NCBI GenBank assembly: GCA_046881825.1
Contig: JBKSMS010000014.1
Span: 40,325-104,324 of the forward strand
Direction: 5' to 3'
DNA: 64,000 nucleotides
From: Alphaproteobacteria bacterium
Lineage (GTDB): Bacteria > Pseudomonadota > Alphaproteobacteria > Rs-D84
The notes under the pieces are model-generated. The model was not told the origin of the DNA. It searched no databases and saw only the letters and a program-made list of their open reading frames with translations. The position numbers and the translations under genes were made by a program. Positions 26,977 to 35,885 of this stretch are shown in pieces (within the stretch, counting starts at the first letter, position 1; every line of letters begins with the position of its first letter).

Positions 26977-27258
26977 TTACAATGAAATTTTATGTTTGAT
27001 TTCGCGGATACGCGCCAAAATTTCACGCAAATCTTCATCACTTATTGCCGGTTTGACACTTTTGTTTTGGATTTCATCAACCAACACAATGCACAATGTC
27101 GCCAAAAGCGCGCTTTCCTGTAATGGCCCTATTTTATCCAAAATTTGACGCGCACGCGCATCCACAATGCGCCCCAATTCGATAAGGCGCCCTTCCTGTC
27201 CGTCTTCACAGCCCATTGGATAATTGCGATTAACAATAGGTATTGATACGACACTCAT
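26977..27258 (-). CDS. zapA: cell-division protein ZapA
   Basis: 93 aa; IPIVNRNYPMGCEDGQEGRLIELGRIVD...LLATLCIVLVDEI. Confidence 0.7.
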   Translation of the reverse strand: MSVVSIPIVNRNYPMGCEDGQEGRLIELGRIVDARARQILDKIGPLQESALLATLCIVLVDEIQNKSVKPAISDEDLREILARIREIKHKISL

Positions 27259-27467
27259 TTCTTTAATTTCTCCAAAATCGAGACAGATTTTTCAATCAGC
27301 GCACGCGCATTTTCATTCCTTTCGCGCAGATTTTTAACCTGTTTAGTTAAAATCGCAACCTCTAAATCCGTTTGTTTGCTGGCGCACTGGGCATCAGCGC
27401 GCAAATGTTGCGCCAAAGATTCCAACGCATCTAGTTCTTGAAAGATTTGTTCTTTGATATCTGCCAT
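27255..27467 (-). CDS. small coiled-coil protein translationally coupled to zapA
   Basis: 70 aa; 4-nt overlap with the zapA start. Confidence 0.45.
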   Translation of the reverse strand: MADIKEQIFQELDALESLAQHLRADAQCASKQTDLEVAILTKQVKNLRERNENARALIEKSVSILEKLKK

Positions 27468-27553
27468 ATTTGCATTTTAAGATATTTTTTATATGCGTTC
27501 AACCGGAAAATGTGATATAATATATCCGTTATTAAAGTTAAGGGAAGTGTTGT

Positions 27554-28462
27554 ATGAAAACTAAAATCATTTATATTTCTGGAAACGAAATTTTTAAAAT
27601 AGAAGATATTCGCGCTGCTTTTGAAGAAGTCCGTAATGCCTTGAATCTGGACAAAACAACCGTTTTATTTGGTATCCCAGTGGATAATGAAGATACAGGT
27701 TTGGCAACAAATGTTGCTGAAAATGAACCTGAAATTATCGAATCGGTTGTCGAAGAAACTGAACCAGAAATTGAAACAGCAAAAGAAGTTATCATCGAAC
27801 CCGTCCTTGAAACAAAAGAAGAAATCGAATCGGAAATCGAACAACCCGTAAAGAAACGCGGTCGTCCGCGCAAAGAAGCGAAAGCAGAAGAAGACGTTGA
27901 AGAAATCGTCGAAGAAACCGAATCTGTCAAAGAAGAAGAGATTGTGCCTATACTTTCTGTTTTAGAAACTCACGAAGAAGTTGTTGTTGACGAAGCGCCT
28001 GTTGCCGAAGAAGAAAGCATAGAAATAATACCTGAAATTTCCGATGAAGAACCAGAAGAAACGGTTGATACAGTAAAACCTGAAACGGAAGAAATTGATG
28101 ATGATGATGACGGTGTAAAACTAGAAAAATTGCTTTCTGCAATGACGCCTTTGGAAGAAGATTCTTTGGAAGAACCTTTTGCTGGGAAAGAAAAAACCGT
28201 CACAGAAACTTCTGATATTTTTGATGCAACATTGGAACAATTGGCAACAGAATTTATTGAAACCCAAGATAAAATTGCCGCTGAATCGAAATCATCAACA
28301 CGCAGCAAAATTGGTAAATTACGCAACATTCTGCCATTTAAACAATCAAAGCACAAAGACAATTCGGGACTGGGCGATTTGTTTGGGTGGGCCGGGATGG
28401 CCGCTAATGATGAAGATTTCTCTGTTCCAGGATTCTTTACAAGTGCCGCATCAAAAAAATAA
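27554..28462 (+). CDS. highly acidic (Glu-rich) protein, unknown function
   Basis: 302 aa; long E/V/I/T low-complexity centre; basic patch KKRGRPRKEAK. Confidence 0.4.
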   Translation: MKTKIIYISGNEIFKIEDIRAAFEEVRNALNLDKTTVLFGIPVDNEDTGLATNVAENEPEIIESVVEETEPEIETAKEVIIEPVLETKEEIESEIEQPVKKRGRPRKEAKAEEDVEEIVEETESVKEEEIVPILSVLETHEEVVVDEAPVAEEESIEIIPEISDEEPEETVDTVKPETEEIDDDDDGVKLEKLLSAMTPLEEDSLEEPFAGKEKTVTETSDIFDATLEQLATEFIETQDKIAAESKSSTRSKIGKLRNILPFKQSKHKDNSGLGDLFGWAGMAANDEDFSVPGFFTSAASKK

Positions 28463-28465
28463 AAC

Positions 28466-28930
28466 ATGGACATAGCTAAAATTGTTCTTTTATTAAAAAA
28501 TTCAGGTCTGCAAAATATAACTGTGGGCAATGGCATTATAGAATTTGATGATCCGTCTTGTATTTATACTGCTTTTGATAAAATATTAAATTTTGGATGG
28601 ATTGTTATTGTGTTTTTAACATTGCTTATGCTGTTTGGTTGGGCGGTGTTATATATCAAAAACGGTGTAAAAATAAACGACCTGTTTCATAATGCTAAAA
28701 ATGTCATTTTAATTTTTTGTATATTAAGTGTTGTTAAACCAATTGTAAATTTTATATATGGCGATAATTTATTTGCACGCGGCTGCGAAAGAAAGCAAGT
28801 ATCGCTGACCGCTGTCCAAGAATTATTAGAAGCACGCAATAAAATGTTACCAAAATCTACAGAAGATGAATTATATGAAATATTTGATATGAAAGATTCT
28901 GGGGTACCAGATGACACAGATTACAAATAA
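28466..28930 (+). CDS. membrane protein, unknown function
   Basis: 154 aa; two hydrophobic helices. Confidence 0.35.
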   Translation: MDIAKIVLLLKNSGLQNITVGNGIIEFDDPSCIYTAFDKILNFGWIVIVFLTLLMLFGWAVLYIKNGVKINDLFHNAKNVILIFCILSVVKPIVNFIYGDNLFARGCERKQVSLTAVQELLEARNKMLPKSTEDELYEIFDMKDSGVPDDTDYK

Positions 28931-28958
28931 CACAACAGAAAAATCTTTATAATCTAGG

Positions 28959-29657
28959 TTATTTTAATTTATTGTCCAATAATCTCATATTTCGGGCCGA
29001 ATAAATAATATTACCTGATACCAGTAAATGATCGTAAAGTTTTATTTCCAATTTATCCAAGGCAATTTCTAATTCTTTGGTTATTTCGATATCTTGTGAC
29101 GAAAAAGCAACACCCGCAGTTGGATGATTATGAACCAGGACTATACTGCGCGCGTTTAAATCTAATGCCTTTTTCACGATTTCACGGATATAAACTGCCG
29201 CCCAATCGACTGTTCCGGAACTGTGTTTTTCGTCTAATATTAATCTGTGTTCCCCATCTAAATAAAACGCATGAAATTCTTCTATCTGTTTATCAGCCAG
29301 TATCAATTTACAATAATTTGTCAATTTATTATAATCATAGAATATTGGTTTTTCATCCAAAGCCACTTTGTATTCCATTTCTGTTATTTTATGAATCAGT
29401 TTGAAAAAAGTGGCTGTATTTTCTTTGATGCCATCATTTTTGATTAAATCATCCATCGGCGCCGACATAAGACTGTGTATGTTACCATATTTTTTATACA
29501 ACTGTCTTGACAGCATCCTAACATCGCGTCGCGGGATTACATAAGTCAATAATAATTCCAGCATTTCATATTCTGCCAACTGTCCATCAAGGAATTTTTT
29601 ACGAAGCCTTGCTCTGTGTCCTTGTTGTAAAGATTTTAAATCTTCTGAATTAATCAT
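28959..29657 (-). CDS. radC: RadC-family JAB-domain protein
   Basis: GHRARLRKKF, LLTYVIPRRD, VHNHPTAG..SSQD. Confidence 0.85.
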   Translation of the reverse strand: MINSEDLKSLQQGHRARLRKKFLDGQLAEYEMLELLLTYVIPRRDVRMLSRQLYKKYGNIHSLMSAPMDDLIKNDGIKENTATFFKLIHKITEMEYKVALDEKPIFYDYNKLTNYCKLILADKQIEEFHAFYLDGEHRLILDEKHSSGTVDWAAVYIREIVKKALDLNARSIVLVHNHPTAGVAFSSQDIEITKELEIALDKLEIKLYDHLLVSGNIIYSARNMRLLDNKLK

Positions 29658-30420
29658 TTGACATTTTTTCTGTGAATATAATTACACCGTCTTCTGTGAT
29701 GCCCAATGTATGTTCCCATTGGGCAGATAAACCACCGTCCGCAGTCCGGACCGTCCAACCATCTTTTGAATCAATTTCGCATTTATGTGTCCCAACATTT
29801 ATCATCGGTTCAATAGTAAATACAAAACCTGGTTGCATTATCAATTTATCATAAGCCTTGTCGTAAAAATGTAATATGTTTGGATTATCGTGCATTACTT
29901 TACCAATCCCATGCCCACAAAAATCTTCAACAATCGAAAAACCATGAGGTTTCACAACAGCTTCTATGGTTTTACCAATTTCAGAAAGCGGGACACCTGG
30001 TGCACAAACTGAAATCGCGGCATTCAAAGCATCCTGGGCAGTTTGAACCAATTCACGCGCCTTGTTCGACACATTACCAATCATAAACATACGCGAAGCA
30101 TCACCGTGAAAACCATGGAATTCTGCGGTTAAATCAATATTTATGATATCACCATCTTTTAATATAACATTATCATTTGGAATACCATGACACACAACTT
30201 CGTTTATAGAAGTACATATGCTTTTTGGATACCCCATATACCCCAAATCAGACGAACGCGCACCATTTTCTTTTAAAAAGCCCGCGACCAGTCTGTCTAT
30301 TTCACCGGTTGAAATTCCAGCAACAATATAAGGCGATATATAATCAAAACAACGCGCAACTAAATCGCCAACAACACGCAGTCTTTTAAAATCTTTTGGA
30401 GCATACACAGATGATAACAT
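29650..30420 (-). CDS. map: type I methionine aminopeptidase
   Basis: VCHGIPND, DIINIDLT, GDASRMF, FCGHGIG, FTIEPM, QWEHT. Confidence 0.95.
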   Translation of the reverse strand: MLSSVYAPKDFKRLRVVGDLVARCFDYISPYIVAGISTGEIDRLVAGFLKENGARSSDLGYMGYPKSICTSINEVVCHGIPNDNVILKDGDIINIDLTAEFHGFHGDASRMFMIGNVSNKARELVQTAQDALNAAISVCAPGVPLSEIGKTIEAVVKPHGFSIVEDFCGHGIGKVMHDNPNILHFYDKAYDKLIMQPGFVFTIEPMINVGTHKCEIDSKDGWTVRTADGGLSAQWEHTLGITEDGVIIFTEKMSND

Positions 30421-30422
30421 TT

Positions 30423-31412
30423 TTATTTCCTTCGTTTTAAAGCTAATTTTGCAGCCCTTACAGATAATTTCAATGAAAAATCACGAATTAAAATTTCAGG
30501 TTGCATACCATTAGTCCTGCATAATTTTTCTAAATCATTTAATTTAGCCAATACATTTACAATTTCATTTTCAGACCATATTTTCATTGCATTGCGAAAC
30601 TTATCCGCAACCTTCCAAAACAACATTTTTGGTAATTGTCCATCAACTACCGCTGTCAACAATTTTGAAAAATGAATATATAACATACGAACCAACATAT
30701 TCGCATCTGCACCACTGTATATCAATCTGTCCAGCGCAACCATAGTCTGATTTATGTGTCCCGCAGTCAAAGAATACATATAATCATCAGCACTGGTTGC
30801 AGATGTATCAGGCAAACATTTTTCAACATCTTCCAATTCAACCACATGTTTATCAGAAACATATATCGCAATTTTTTGTAAAAAGCTGCGTGTGATACCG
30901 CGATCCCCGCCCATATGCGACAACATATAAGACATCGCATCAGGTGTCACCTGACGAATACCCGCCTGGGCAGATAATTCTTTGTGAATAAGTGCTTCTA
31001 GTGTTTTACTGTCATCAGCATAACATGCAACAGCAGCGATATTTTTTCCTTCTTCAAATAATTTACGCAAAGAACCAACGCGCAAATCACCCGCAGTCAC
31101 AATAACAGTAGCACACAAAGAATTTGATGTCACTAATTCTGATATAATTTTAGTATCACTGTCCCCTGCATCAGCGATAAGAACTGCCTTGCGACCACCA
31201 AACATAGACGGCGAACAACTTTCTGCAAATACAGCATCTTGTTTTTCGCGCAAATCATTTGAATCAATCGCCAGTAAATTATCTTTGTCTATTTCCAGTT
31301 TTTCAATAGCATTGTCACACAATTCATCCACCAGACCCGCATCTGGTCCATATATCAACACAGCGGTGATATTTGATATACCAGAATTAAAATCTGATTC
31401 TTTCCATTTCAT
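30423..31412 (-). CDS. holA: DNA polymerase III delta subunit
   Basis: 329 aa; VLIYGPDAGLVDE N-terminal pattern; lptE-holA synteny. Confidence 0.7.
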   Translation of the reverse strand: MKWKESDFNSGISNITAVLIYGPDAGLVDELCDNAIEKLEIDKDNLLAIDSNDLREKQDAVFAESCSPSMFGGRKAVLIADAGDSDTKIISELVTSNSLCATVIVTAGDLRVGSLRKLFEEGKNIAAVACYADDSKTLEALIHKELSAQAGIRQVTPDAMSYMLSHMGGDRGITRSFLQKIAIYVSDKHVVELEDVEKCLPDTSATSADDYMYSLTAGHINQTMVALDRLIYSGADANMLVRMLYIHFSKLLTAVVDGQLPKMLFWKVADKFRNAMKIWSENEIVNVLAKLNDLEKLCRTNGMQPEILIRDFSLKLSVRAAKLALKRRK

Positions 31413-31870
31413 TATTGATTTTCCACTTTTTGAATTTCCACAATCGCACGCATACTTATCTTTTCAGACAGTTGATGTATCGTGTTCATCACAGCATTGT
31501 TATAAGAAGCATTTGCTGCCACAAGATAACGCACAAAAGTATAACTTTCCGCTGCTGATTCTGAACCTTTGGCAATTTCTTTATCGCCCTGCGTTAAGGT
31601 ATATGAAGCGTTTATTTTAACTTCTTGCCAAACAGCATCCCCCGCGCGTTCCAATGCCTTGTATTGTGTCACAGGTTCTTGTAAATTCACAGTCAAAGTA
31701 TATTTTGCGTTCTGTTCGTGCATACCGCCAAATTGGCTATTCAAAGAATTTCGCAATTCTATTCCATTAATACCGCTTATTGGAGCAACATAAATATCCG
31801 TATTACTGCCAGAAAATATAGGTTTAAAACTGCACGCGGTCAGCATCAAAATTAAAAGTATTTTTTTCAT
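31412..31870 (-). CDS. lptE: LPS-assembly lipoprotein LptE
   Basis: Lipobox LTAC; size and position immediately upstream of holA. Confidence 0.6.
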   Translation of the reverse strand: MKKILLILMLTACSFKPIFSGSNTDIYVAPISGINGIELRNSLNSQFGGMHEQNAKYTLTVNLQEPVTQYKALERAGDAVWQEVKINASYTLTQGDKEIAKGSESAAESYTFVRYLVAANASYNNAVMNTIHQLSEKISMRAIVEIQKVENQ

Positions 31871-31936
31871 TTGTTTTTCCTGTTGAACTTTTATGTAATT
31901 TTAGCTACACTTTTCACAAATCGCAAGAGGGAATTA

Positions 31937-33178
31937 GTGAATATTTTTTTAATTCTGTTATCTTTCATAATCATGGCAGGATACTATATTATGTCCAGCC
32001 CATCCCAGCGCGTAGTCCAACACGAAACCGAATATTCTATTAAAAAGGCAGATTTACGCTCTATCGCGGAATGTGTTGTATCTTCCCAAAATGCTGCTAT
32101 GTATGGTGAAGAATTTGTTGATAATTGCGTAGAACGATACGAAATAACCAGTCAATATGTATGTATGAATCGTTCATATAATGTTGTTTCTTGCGATGCA
32201 GAAGCCGGCAAAGTCCCAACTTATAACTTCATAATAACAACCAGTTCCCCTTTGCCCGTCGCAGAATACAATAATATGTTGGAAATATTGGAACAATATT
32301 ATCCTGATGCGGGGACTTTTGGTGTGTTTATATCGCCTGATTTGATGTCCGCGGAGTCAATATCGCGTCGCGAAATCCCGCAAAAAATCATAAACGCGGC
32401 GGAATTAACAGATGGTCAATTAGTTTATATTATGCAATATAAAATTCCCGAAGCGACTATTGAATACCCTGTGGTTGATGGTTCTGACATAGATTGTCCA
32501 CCAGATACAATGAAAACTTATCGTTTTGGACGCTGGCAGTGCATTACCTATAATTATAAAATTTCATGCACGGGCGATACAATCTGGGACGATGTATCGA
32601 TGCAATGTGTTGCAGATGAAACCAGAAAGCCTATTTGTGCAAACAATCAAACCGCTGTAATGGTGGATAACATATGGGAATGCATTGACCCATTTGGCGA
32701 CAAAACATGCCCAGACGGTATGATTGCGCGCTTAAATTACAGCGCTCTTCAATGGGAATGTGTGGAAGATCCGAACGCAACCAAATCCGTAAAAAAATGC
32801 GATAATGTGGCAAAAACGCCACGCGCCCGCGGGAGGCTGGGTGCAACATTGCGTGTTCGTTCTATATCGTGTACAGACTGTGAAATGGCGGTTGTTGACG
32901 AAGAAACCTGTGCAACATATTGTATCCCAGACCCAACAAAATTAACAGATAAAACATGTTATAATGACGACATAGAAAGCTGCAGTGGTCCAAATCGCGC
33001 TATTTATTTTGGCTTTTCGCCTAAATCAAGAATTGATGGAATCGAAGCTTTGGCAGACATGGTTGTTGATTTAGACCGTGAACACAGTCAAAATCGCCGC
33101 TTTAATTGTATGGATTGCGGTGACGGTGAAATAGACACAGAAAAATCAGTGTTTCCATATACTGCGGTGTGTAAATAG
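31937..33178 (+). CDS. membrane-anchored protein with repeated Cys...W-x-C modules
   Basis: GTG start after GAGGG. N-terminal TM. Four modules: CPPDT..RWQC, CTGDT..SMQC, CANNQ..IWEC, CPDGM..QWEC. Confidence 0.45.
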   Translation: MNIFLILLSFIIMAGYYIMSSPSQRVVQHETEYSIKKADLRSIAECVVSSQNAAMYGEEFVDNCVERYEITSQYVCMNRSYNVVSCDAEAGKVPTYNFIITTSSPLPVAEYNNMLEILEQYYPDAGTFGVFISPDLMSAESISRREIPQKIINAAELTDGQLVYIMQYKIPEATIEYPVVDGSDIDCPPDTMKTYRFGRWQCITYNYKISCTGDTIWDDVSMQCVADETRKPICANNQTAVMVDNIWECIDPFGDKTCPDGMIARLNYSALQWECVEDPNATKSVKKCDNVAKTPRARGRLGATLRVRSISCTDCEMAVVDEETCATYCIPDPTKLTDKTCYNDDIESCSGPNRAIYFGFSPKSRIDGIEALADMVVDLDREHSQNRRFNCMDCGDGEIDTEKSVFPYTAVCK

Positions 33179-33365
33179 TCCGCAAAAATGCGGTTTTATC
33201 TTGTTTCACTTGCCACTTTGTGCCTGTGCGGCGTTCGTAACACATCGCGATAAATCGCTCTGCTACTCATAGTGGCAGGGAGTCTCGTGCAATTCACGAG
33301 CCGATTTTATGCGTGAATTATTGCGATTTGGGAAAGATGTTAAGTTGTTTATTGGAAAATAATAT

Positions 33366-33393
33366 TTGACATATATTTATTTTTGTCTATAAT
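33366..33393 (+). promoter_or_regulatory. near-consensus promoter TTGACA-N16-TATAAT; the -10 ends 6 nt before ATG 33400 (predicts a leaderless mRNA)
   Basis: Read directly; no SD between the -10 and the ATG. Confidence 0.5.
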
Positions 33394-33399
33394 ACCAGT

Positions 33400-34203
33400 A
33401 TGACTATTATAAACAGATTTTTTAATTTATTTCAACGCAAGACGGTCAAAGACACGCCCGTTGTTGTTATGCCTGCCAAAATTGTAGATGATAAACCGGT
33501 GGTAAAATACGTGGAACGCGTAATAAACGCAAACAACGTGGATGCATATCGTTCCGGACGCGCACTGTTTGTCGGTGGTTATCATGTGAACGGTGCCAAA
33601 TACGTTGTTGTTTACAGATACGTTATTGACCCAGATTTGCATTTGGATGCGCAAGACCAAATAACCCAAAACATAGAATTTATGCGTGCAACCGAGGACA
33701 ACACAATCAAACATGAGGCCAAACACATGAAAAATGACCGTTTTGGTAATCCATTGTTTGTTGTGACCAATTATTATGAAATGACGGGTCTGTATGCTTT
33801 TGATGAGGTTTCGGCCTTTGCCACAGCATATTTGAAACATGATAAACCAACCCACAAAGAGGTTTGCAATGCTGTTTCTCATGGGATAGATGATTTGTTG
33901 GAACGTAAATCTGTATATATTCCAAGACATGTGAATCAAGTTGCTGGTCTGATTGGTTTTAAATTTATGGCCAGAAATGCAGAAAGCACTTTGATGCACA
34001 ATTGGGAACCGCCAAAACAGTATTCAAAAATATTTAATACAATAGCAAATGGATATTTGACCTTTGACGGACAAGGTATACGTGATGAAAACAATGTTAT
34101 ACCTGCGGACTTGAAAGAAAAATTAAGACATTTGCGCCACGAATATGAAGATGCAACATCGCAAACATTGCGTAAAATTATGCAAGGATTTACCCGAGAT
34201 TAA
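33400..34203 (+). CDS. hypothetical protein containing an HExxH motif (HEAKH)
   Basis: 267-aa ORF; terminator at 34242-34265. Confidence 0.4.
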   Translation: MTIINRFFNLFQRKTVKDTPVVVMPAKIVDDKPVVKYVERVINANNVDAYRSGRALFVGGYHVNGAKYVVVYRYVIDPDLHLDAQDQITQNIEFMRATEDNTIKHEAKHMKNDRFGNPLFVVTNYYEMTGLYAFDEVSAFATAYLKHDKPTHKEVCNAVSHGIDDLLERKSVYIPRHVNQVAGLIGFKFMARNAESTLMHNWEPPKQYSKIFNTIANGYLTFDGQGIRDENNVIPADLKEKLRHLRHEYEDATSQTLRKIMQGFTRD

Positions 34204-34357
34204 AAACAAACACGTGGCAACAAAAAAAAAAAAAATAAAACGACCACCAAACGGTGGTCTTTTTATTTTGGCAGGGCCATCTGTACAATTTGCGAACTAA
34301 TGAAATCAAAGATTTGTTGCAATTCGGCAAAGGAATCAAGATGTTCCTAGATACACA

Positions 34358-34882
34358 TTATAACTTCTTTGACATATAGATTGCAGTTTCGTCATCGTTT
34401 TTCATATCTGCATATGGTTCTAGATTCTTTCCATTCCACCATAATCCTGTTCCATCTGGAATAAAGCCGCGTTTGATATATAATCTTTGTGCAGAACCAT
34501 AATCACGATGTAAACCAACACCTAAATAAACAGTATCAGAATATCTTTTTGCTATATCTTCCGCAACCTGCATCAAAACATTCCCAATACCATGTCTTCT
34601 ATATTTTGCCAACACACCAAAATCGACCAATTCAGGTAATCCTTTGCCACCAAATGAACCACCCATAGAATTTGGATAAACATTGAAATATCCTGCCACA
34701 TTACCTTTGTATTCTGCCACCAAAGCAACACACTTACCTTCGGCAACATCTTTCAATCGGCGTGTATATTTTTCAACTTTTTGGTCTATCCAACCTTGTA
34801 AATGTTCTTCATGTGTAATTATTTCGGGGTCTGTTTCAACCATATCTCTGATAACGATATCATTTACATTGTAATAAATCAT
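34358..34882 (-). CDS. GNAT-family N-acetyltransferase
   Basis: RRHGIGNVLMQVAEDIAKR acetyl-CoA motif. Confidence 0.75.
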   Translation of the reverse strand: MIYYNVNDIVIRDMVETDPEIITHEEHLQGWIDQKVEKYTRRLKDVAEGKCVALVAEYKGNVAGYFNVYPNSMGGSFGGKGLPELVDFGVLAKYRRHGIGNVLMQVAEDIAKRYSDTVYLGVGLHRDYGSAQRLYIKRGFIPDGTGLWWNGKNLEPYADMKNDDETAIYMSKKL

Positions 34883-35002
34883 TTTATATCTCCATTGTAT
34901 TATATACAGGAATTGTATAACAAGACATCTACAACATCAACACGATTTTGTAAAAAATATTGGAAAAATAATAATAACACCCACAATAAACACGAACCAT
35001 GA

Positions 35003-35105
35003 AAAAGGTTAGATTTCTAACCTTTTCTTTTTGAAAGTTCGTAAATGTGTAAAACGGTGGCTGTTTTTGATACCTGATTTACGAACTGCTGAAAGTATTG
35101 AAAAT
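35003..35105 (-). ncRNA. structured RNA candidate C (10-bp stem plus its own terminator)
   Basis: GUUCGUAAAU...AUUUACGAAC (35037-35086); terminator AGGUUAGAAAUCUAACCU + U-run (35003-35028). Confidence 0.35.
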
Positions 35106-35111
35106 CCAACC

Positions 35112-35300
35112 AAAAAAACACCGCTTCGCGCGGTGTTTTGATTTTTGGCAACCCCACTCGCTCCCTTGACAAACAATAAACCAACCATAAGCAAAAACTC
35201 TATCAACCATATCCGTTTTTGAATGGTTGTTAATTGTTCGTCTGCGTATTGGTCGTGCGCTTCGCTCCGACCGATCCCGGTTCCAATCCTGGGGTTGAGC
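35112..35300 (-). ncRNA. structured RNA candidate B (unknown class)
   Basis: Closing stem AACCCCA/UGGGGUU followed by GCCA. About 17-bp helix GACGAACAAUUAACAACC / GGUUGGUUUAUUGUUUGUC. Hairpin GGUCG...CGACC. Strong terminator ACACCGCGCGAAGCGGUGU + U7 (35112-35136). Confidence 0.45.
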
Positions 35301-35308
35301 AAAAATTA

Positions 35309-35331
35309 AAACCGACCCAAAAGGTCGGTTT
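35309..35331 (-). terminator. intrinsic terminator after tRNA-Glu
   Basis: AACCGACCUUUUGGGUCGGUU + UUUAAUUUUU on the minus strand. Confidence 0.6.
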
Positions 35332-35338
35332 GAATTTT

Positions 35339-35413
35339 TGGCAGCCCCACTCGGATTTGAACCGGGATTCTCGCCTTGAAAGGGCGGTGTCCTAACCATT
35401 AGACGATGGGGCC
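35339..35413 (-). tRNA. tRNA-Glu (UUC)
   Basis: Hand-folded cloverleaf: acceptor GGCCCCA/UGGGGCU, anticodon loop CUUUCAA, T-loop UUCAAAU, encoded CCA. Confidence 0.85.
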
Positions 35414-35454
35414 AGACCTTAATTTAACCGCCGTAGTGGCGGTAAAAAAATAGG

Positions 35455-35532
35455 TGGCGGGATGTAAGGGGCTCGAACCCTCGACCTTCTGCGTGACAGG
35501 CAGACGCTCTAAACCAGCTGAGCTAACACCCC
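35455..35532 (-). tRNA. tRNA-Asp (GUC)
   Basis: Acceptor GGGGUGU/ACAUCCC, D-arm GCUC..GAGC, anticodon loop CUGUCAC, T-loop UUCGAGC, encoded CCA. Confidence 0.9.
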
Positions 35533-35624
35533 AGAGCAACGCTTATATTATAATGAACTAATCTAAAAATCAAGTTTTTTTTTCACAAATTGACAATCTC
35601 GATAATTTTTTCTAAAATAGCCAT

Positions 35625-35747
35625 ATGAAAAAGATATTTTTATTGATTTGTATGGTTTTATTATGCGCCTTGGTTTTGGGTGGTTGTGGCGTGAAATCTG
35701 CATTGGAACACGACCCAGATTATCCACGTAATTATCCTGTATATTAA
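35625..35747 (+). CDS. 40-aa lipoprotein (LptM/YifL-like), absent from the ORF track
   Basis: MKKIFLLICMVLLCALVLGGCGVKSALEHDPDYPRNYPVY; lipobox LGGC followed by GVK as in small LptM-type lipoproteins. Confidence 0.45.
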   Translation: MKKIFLLICMVLLCALVLGGCGVKSALEHDPDYPRNYPVY

Positions 35748-35753
35748 AGGAAT

Positions 35754-35838
<85 letters not shown>

Positions 35839-35885
35839 GAAAACAGAAAAATTATAATAAATAAAAAAATAAAATCAACCCCGTT

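Noticed and set aside
27571-28536. Long minus-strand ORFs (119 and 188 aa) opposite the acidic protein gene
   Set aside because: They are Ser/Phe-rich antisense translations of GAA-rich repeats. The plus-strand gene has the SD and start context.
35112-35300. Possible tmRNA (ssrA, including the two-piece alphaproteobacterial form): acceptor-like stem plus CCA and a GGAUUGGAACCGGGAU stretch reminiscent of the tmRNA 5' region
   Set aside because: The acceptor stem is AACCCCA/UGGGGUU with no G3:U70 alanine identity pair. No T-arm (GGUUCGAAUCC-like) lies before the 3' strand. No reading frame gives an ANDN...AA-type tag ending in a stop. Kept only as an unclassified structured RNA.
35009-35399. 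ORFs of 97 and 106 aa on the minus strand
   Set aside because: They overlap tRNA-Glu, two terminators and the structured RNA candidates, and have no SD or protein-like composition.
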